Positions 58,981 to 64,000 of a stretch of DNA of 64,000 nt are shown one piece after another. Below the pieces are notes generated by a model. It did not search any database. It was not told where the DNA came from and was given only the letters and a program-made list of their open reading frames with translations. Both the position numbers and the translations under genes were made by a program. Numbering within the stretch: position 1 is the first letter of the stretch; the number at the start of each line of letters is the position of its first letter. Origin of the DNA: Williopsis jadinii (taxonomy: Eukaryota); NCBI GenBank assembly GCA_024346625.1, contig AP024664.1, forward strand, positions 2,604,001-2,668,000, written 5' to 3'.

Positions 58981-61900
58981 TCAACTATCGTATTTAAGCC
59001 TCAACTCCTTTTTGAACCCATGGAGCAGAAGTTTTCTCTCTTGCTTTAGTTCTTGCAAGGTGACGACGTGGTCCTCGTTTTCATGCTTGATGATCCACTG
59101 CTCGTTGGTCGCTAGTGTGCTGACCAGGTTGATGATTGCACAGTAGAGCTCGGCCATGGTGAGCTGGACCGAGTCCGTGTCATTGTGCTTGTTGCGCACG
59201 ATAAACGAGTAGAGTGCCTCTGACGCGCCCCTGAAATTGCCATACGACAGACGGTGTGCGTACAGCACTTGGTAGAACCACAGGGATTTGGAGACATCGT
59301 CGGTCTGCGCCCTCTTCAATATCAACGAGTCAACCTGTGGGTCCTCTCTTAAACTGGTGAACTCCTTCAGTCTATTAATCTGCTGATGCTTGCACATCTT
59401 GTACAGGAATTTTGTCAACGCCTCCTCTCTCATCTTAGGGTCTTTGATATAGGGTAAGGCATCGTTGGCAACGACGAAATCGAGCTTTTCGATAGCACAG
59501 GTGAATAGAACGTATGATTCGTGTTCTAGGTATTTCTTATCAAAACCTGTGCCGTTTCTCTTTTCAGCAAGTAACGTTAAAAAGTACTGCGCTTGGTCAA
59601 AATTCAAGTTGTTCAAAAACAAGATTGCAACATTGAGATAGTACTTGCCAACTTTCGGATCAAAGAACATCTTCAAATCTTCAACAAATGAAAGTGCTTG
59701 CGCTTCATCTGGGGTGAGTTGGTGCTTGGATATTTCATCCGCATGGTTGGCAAAATACTTGGATGCCTTGACAGGTTGACCAAGTTTGAAAAAAACGAAC
59801 GCCTTTAACAAATTGAAGACCACGGTGCTATCGAAGAATCTCAGTAAGCGTTCGTAAACCAAACAAGACAAGTTCTTGGAGATCAAAATGGTTACAGCAC
59901 TGTACAAGAATTCAGGCTTCAAGATGAATGGGATCACCTCGTTGTTGATGAATGGAACAATTTGAAAACTTGACACTGGAAACTGCGCACTGTATCTTCT
60001 GGTGAGAACCTCTGTGAAAAGAGTGTTTCCCGTCAACACCGCTTCATCAACTTCAATTTGACCCTCCTTGTTGAAGCCAATTTCCCAAACCATGTCGAAA
60101 AGATCAAAGGATATTAACAATTTGACAATTTTCTTAGAAAGTACATTAAGTAAGTTCTTATCGTCAAAGTCCAAAACGAGCAACAAGATCAATATGGCAA
60201 AGGAAATATTTCTTCGGACGTTTATAGACTCCCAAGTTGCAATAGCAAACACGTCAACGCCCAATGCACTAAGCCTACTCTTTGTCAATTGGTTGCTCTC
60301 ATCGTCACTGGATTGTAATTTCACCGCACCTTCAACAAGCAAAAGAATGTTCTCAAACCCTGTCAATTGTTCAACGAGCTTATTCAGGTTCACTGGGTTG
60401 ATTTGATCTCTCAAATGGTTGGCATAGATATTCGACAAAATGGTTTCAGTTGCCTGGGTAGGATGGGAAAATGTTCCAACCACTTCATTATAAACCTTTT
60501 GTAGAACATCTCCGGAGAATGAGTTCATGAACTCTGTTATTATGTTCATAAATTTTAAGTATGCATCCCGATCAGTCCCGAACGATTCAACTTTTAACTG
60601 TTTATTGCAATCGATGTACTCAACGGGGGAAATTGGCCTGACAATGGCAAACCGTTGACGATTTAGGATGACTGCATAGTTTGACTTCTCATCCAAGTAC
60701 AGCTTTAGAGGTTCTTCGCATTGCCTTTTTAATTCCAAACAGAGCATGTAAAATCTTGACCACTGGACCTCTAAAGAACTGTCGTATTTAGGATTGAAGG
60801 TTATACCTCTGCTCACAGACTTTATAGTTCTTTCACACAAGGAAACATCTAATAATTCCTCCTTCTCTAAATCTTTTAAAAAATGCTGTTCAAAGATTGG
60901 CAATGCAATCTCAATGATCTGATTTGTGAAAAGTCCACTTTTGAACAACTGTTTGATATAGTATTCAGACCACGTTTCATGAATCCTTTTAGTTATCTCC
61001 ACACTGGAATCCATAACGTCTGTCCATGTTGGGTTCAAATCGCCATCAACTTCCAAAGTTTGTACAAATGAGGATGTATTGCTCTTCCATAACACCCAAA
61101 GTTGTAATTTATTTTCATGTGATGCCAATTTAAAATCGGCAAGGAGCCAAATGGCACTTTCAGTTGGCAACGAGCAATCGAAGGTGTATCTAGAGCCAAG
61201 GTCGTTGATGTCAAAGGATTCTGTGTTGATGGAAGAGATCTTGAATGAACCTTTACCAAATGGTAAATATGTGGTGAGATATGTCGATTCTTCTCCAAAG
61301 ATCTCCAATGTGGCAATATTCAAGATCTTTGTATGTGACTCGTCAAAGTAAGATTTAGAGTCTGGACCATCTGGCGCAAAATCTGCCAAATTCTTCTCTA
61401 GAACCAAACTTTGTGTTTTTATAGACCAGATTCTCAAATGTCTGTTAAGTGTCACGGTTATGATATAGTCTTTAAAGTGTATAATGTCAATTACAGTCTT
61501 TGCAGAGAGTTCATGATCCACCATAAAGTTGTTCTTCTTGGACCAAGGCTTCCAAAATTGACCCAAACTTTCCAAATACGAGCTATCGTTGTACACCAAA
61601 GGCTCGGTTGCAAAGCCATGTGTTCTTTGCAGCGCCACGACACCGCCATCCTTGAGCAAAACCAGGAGATAATCCGCGCTGAATGCGTACAGCATATGTG
61701 GTTTTCTAATATCGAAGCCGTATGGTTGAGAAACGCTTGACCATTCTTTATGGTTTGCAGAAGAAGCGAACGGCGTGCTTGAGATGAAGTCGCTCAATTT
61801 TACTATAGCAGTGATCAACACATCTGTCTCCGTGAGACAGTCAATGATAATGGCCTGATCACCTTCCTCAGTGGTGAACTGTACAAGCGTCAGACAATTG

Positions 61901-62226
61901 GATCTAATACGGTCTGGTAAGTTAACCTTTATCGACCTTGTTGAGACGCCAACGTTATTCACCAGCGCCACAGGAGATAACAGCACAGAGTACCCACTGT
62001 CCAGTACTCTGTAGACAACCTTACTAGGATAAGCATCACCGTGCAACTCTAGAATGCCACTGTCGTTAGCCGCCAAGGTCAGCTTGAAACGCTCTTCTGG
62101 ATCAACAGTGGACCCAACATCCGGCCTTGAAGGGCCCCAGAGATGACGTGCAACATCCAGCTCTAGCACATCTGTGGCACTATCGGAGGTCACCGTGGTT
62201 CTCTTGTGTGTTGTAGCTAACACCAT
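58981..62226 (-). CDS. NUP120: Nucleoporin Nup120/Nup160
   Basis: 1081 aa; beta-propeller-like N-terminus (NRHLRIWS, LWVLWKSN), helical C-terminus with YQVLYAHRLSYGNFRGASEALY. Confidence 0.75.
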   Translation of the reverse strand: MVLATTHKRTTVTSDSATDVLELDVARHLWGPSRPDVGSTVDPEERFKLTLAANDSGILELHGDAYPSKVVYRVLDSGYSVLLSPVALVNNVGVSTRSIKVNLPDRIRSNCLTLVQFTTEEGDQAIIIDCLTETDVLITAIVKLSDFISSTPFASSANHKEWSSVSQPYGFDIRKPHMLYAFSADYLLVLLKDGGVVALQRTHGFATEPLVYNDSSYLESLGQFWKPWSKKNNFMVDHELSAKTVIDIIHFKDYIITVTLNRHLRIWSIKTQSLVLEKNLADFAPDGPDSKSYFDESHTKILNIATLEIFGEESTYLTTYLPFGKGSFKISSINTESFDINDLGSRYTFDCSLPTESAIWLLADFKLASHENKLQLWVLWKSNTSSFVQTLEVDGDLNPTWTDVMDSSVEITKRIHETWSEYYIKQLFKSGLFTNQIIEIALPIFEQHFLKDLEKEELLDVSLCERTIKSVSRGITFNPKYDSSLEVQWSRFYMLCLELKRQCEEPLKLYLDEKSNYAVILNRQRFAIVRPISPVEYIDCNKQLKVESFGTDRDAYLKFMNIITEFMNSFSGDVLQKVYNEVVGTFSHPTQATETILSNIYANHLRDQINPVNLNKLVEQLTGFENILLLVEGAVKLQSSDDESNQLTKSRLSALGVDVFAIATWESINVRRNISFAILILLLVLDFDDKNLLNVLSKKIVKLLISFDLFDMVWEIGFNKEGQIEVDEAVLTGNTLFTEVLTRRYSAQFPVSSFQIVPFINNEVIPFILKPEFLYSAVTILISKNLSCLVYERLLRFFDSTVVFNLLKAFVFFKLGQPVKASKYFANHADEISKHQLTPDEAQALSFVEDLKMFFDPKVGKYYLNVAILFLNNLNFDQAQYFLTLLAEKRNGTGFDKKYLEHESYVLFTCAIEKLDFVVANDALPYIKDPKMREEALTKFLYKMCKHQQINRLKEFTSLREDPQVDSLILKRAQTDDVSKSLWFYQVLYAHRLSYGNFRGASEALYSFIVRNKHNDTDSVQLTMAELYCAIINLVSTLATNEQWIIKHENEDHVVTLQELKQERKLLLHGFKKELRLKYDS

Positions 62227-62357
62227 CGTTAAGCCGCGAACCTTGTTTCGAGTTCTTGCTATGAGTTGATCCTCCTTGCTCGAGTTCTTTGTTTACACTT
62301 TTACTTAGTTTTCGCTCAGAGCCTCTTTTTTCTTCTGCCCGTGCACTGGTGTAGAGC

Positions 62358-62562
62358 GTGTTACCCGGACTTATTGGCCCTCCAGCGCGCCGCCGCCGCC
62401 GTAGAAGCCAATGTGGGAGCCCTAAACCGCCGGGTAACACTTCTCTCACCGTTTGTCGTTTGAGCCGGCACAGCAGTTTCGGTTGAGACAGCAGCTTTCG
62501 GTTCTCGCAACAAAACAAATGTTTCTCCAAATTTTATAAAGCGGGCGGAGAAAAATTTTTCA
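62358..62562. promoter_or_regulatory. Divergent NUP120 / snoRNA-cluster promoter: inverted Reb1 sites, CCAAT pair, TATAAA and RRPE
   Basis: GTGTTACCCGG 62358-62368 and CCGGGTAACAC 62430-62440; TATAAA at ~62535; AAAAATTTTTCA 62551-62562. Confidence 0.55.
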
Positions 62563-62742
62563 CTCTGTGTTTTCTCCGTTAACGTTCTTTCCTCCCTTCC
62601 ATCACCAGTTCGTTGAATACGTCGTGGGTAGTGGGCTGCTCGTGGCACACATGAGAAAGACACATTGTCGAGGAAGTGTGGAAGTATGGGATAAGCAAGC
62701 ATTCTGTTTTGTTTTTATTTTCATTGTCCTTTGAGAACACAA

Positions 62743-62828
62743 TTACTATGATGATCCAACACAACACAAATTTCAAACTAGAGTATGTGAAGTATACGCT
62801 AATGATCTGAATTGCTTTGGCTGATTGT
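62743..62828 (+). ncRNA. SNR78: C/D box snoRNA snR78
   Basis: C box ATGATGA 62748, guide CAAACTAGAGT, D box CTGA 62821, terminal stem ACAATTAC/GTAATTGT; first in the conserved cluster order. Confidence 0.8.
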
Positions 62829-63037
62829 AATTGTTGTTCTCGAAGACGTGCCCCCATCCTTTGTGTGATGCGGATCTTTTGTCCGATGATTGAATACAGG
62901 TGTATTCCTTCCATTCTTCCTCCACAGGTTCTTTCTCTGTTGCGAGAGGTTGTATGAAATGGTGAGTTTTTACGCTATATATATAGTACCCTACTGAGGT
63001 TATTGTTTCCCCCTCTCTTTCCTTCTGCTGTTCTTTA

Positions 63038-63118
63038 TTCTATGATGACTGAAAAAAACTAAAGCTGGAATTACTGGCTGATTCTCTGTGATGGATAACG
63101 TTTTGCTATTACTGATTT
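63038..63118 (+). ncRNA. SNR77: C/D box snoRNA snR77
   Basis: C box 63042; guide AGCTGGAATTAC complementary to 18S GUAAUUCCAGCU; D' CTGA; D box 63112. Confidence 0.88.
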
Positions 63119-63254
63119 TAAAGTGCCCAGGAAGAGGAAGAGGTGGAGGAAGAAGGCTTCATCTCCAAGTTTATACAAAATAACTAACCATGAATAGAAA
63201 ATCATCTCCTCTTTACCGTTCTGTAAAGCACCTTTGTTTCTTTTGAAGAGCCAA

Positions 63255-63355
63255 TGGATATGACGATCCACAGCACTGGGCACTGATTTTACAATAAAAC
63301 TTGTATGAGTGACATGCTTCTTAGTGGGCCTAGAAAACCCACGTTACTGATCCAT
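63255..63355 (+). ncRNA. SNR76: C/D box snoRNA snR76
   Basis: C box ATGACGA 63260; guide GCACTGGGCA+CTGA complementary to 25S UGCCCAGUGC; D box 63347; terminal stem. Confidence 0.85.
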
Positions 63356-63470
63356 TTTGGTAACCAAAAGAAAAACAATGGTTTGTAACCGAAGAGGGCC
63401 TTCAGCCCTGTCTGAAAGTGTAAGCTTCCATTACTTTTCCGCTGGAGAATGGCCAATGTCAAAATTGAAC

Positions 63471-63562
63471 TCATGTGATGATACCCATAGATGACGAGTC
63501 AGATTTCCGGTTTCCGGATGACGATAAACACTTTTTTAATACCATTCATGCTTCACTGATTT
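63471..63562 (+). ncRNA. SNR75: C/D box snoRNA snR75
   Basis: C box GTGATGA 63475; guides TAGATGACGAG and CCATTCATGC (25S-complementary); D box 63556. Confidence 0.87.
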
Positions 63563-63685
63563 ACCATGTTCGATTTCTACACTTAGTTGGTCATTCTCCA
63601 ATGTTGATTTGTCGACTCATCATACTAACATCTGCCTTAGGCAATGTATCCAAAGGAAGAAAGGGTTCTTCCTGTTAGCTTTTGG

Positions 63686-63770
63686 TGACATAGGATGATT
63701 CTTGAAATAAAAATTGACAAGCATATGTCTGACTTTTTGTTTGAGGACAAATATTTCCAGTCTGATGTCA
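63686..63770 (+). ncRNA. SNR74: C/D box snoRNA snR74
   Basis: C box AGGATGA 63692; guide GACAAGCATATG complementary to 18S CAUAUGCUUGUC; D' 63729, D 63762; stem TGACA/TGTCA. Confidence 0.88.
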
Positions 63771-63880
63771 GCAAAAGATAGCAAAATGGATTGCTTTGTA
63801 TTCTTTGCTATTCGATCCCTGAAGAAAAGGTATGTGTTTTCTCTGTTTCTCGCTATCAATGATGATACTCCCCGAATCTT

Positions 63881-63985
63881 GTTTATGATGATTTTCCACA
63901 TTTCACGACGGTCAACTGCGTTTCACCCCTGTTAAGGTGGAACTTTGATGATAATCTGCCCCCGACAGGGCGTGGTGCTGATAAC
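63881..63985 (+). ncRNA. SNR73: C/D box snoRNA snR73
   Basis: C box ATGATGA 63885; guide TCACGACGGTC complementary to 25S GACCGUCGUGA; D box 63978. Confidence 0.87.
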
Positions 63986-64000
63986 AGTGGTTAATGGGTT

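Noticed and set aside
62420..62429. CCCTAAACC as a telomerase RNA template
   Set aside because: Short match inside a promoter-like region; the downstream RNA is explained by the snoRNA cluster.

Overview
64 kb of a budding-yeast (Saccharomycotina) chromosome arm, apparently running inward from a subtelomere. Conserved Leu positions are encoded by CTG (standard code), two respiratory complex I genes are present, and several genes carry short introns. This fits a non-Saccharomycetaceae, non-CUG-Ser yeast such as a Phaffomycetaceae member (inference). The first ~15 kb is accessory: a ~175-bp tandem repeat, a diverged ~2.3-kb tandem duplication of a decayed LRR-like gene, and a GPI adhesin with ~17 x 126-bp repeats interrupted by a frameshift. 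From 15 kb on it is housekeeping DNA: GPB1/2, complex I PSST and 75-kDa subunits, YPT6, a YNL190W-like hydrophilin, an NCBP3-like gene, SRP1, a probable KAR1, TIM22, DUG3, a Zn2Cys6 factor, ALG13, eIF4G, RPT6, UPF1, eIF4E, tRNA-Lys(CTT), ISW2, ATL1, an ANK-RCC1-BTB gene, CPA1 and NUP120. The ORF track misses or truncates several elements: 13 spliceosomal introns in coding genes (5 with AAG acceptors), the CPA1 arginine-attenuator uORF, and a polycistronic C/D snoRNA cluster (snR78-77-76-75-74-73). That cluster mixes intron signals with Rnt1-type AGNN hairpins. I found no wholly novel system that I can support. All identifications come from recalled family motifs, not database searches.
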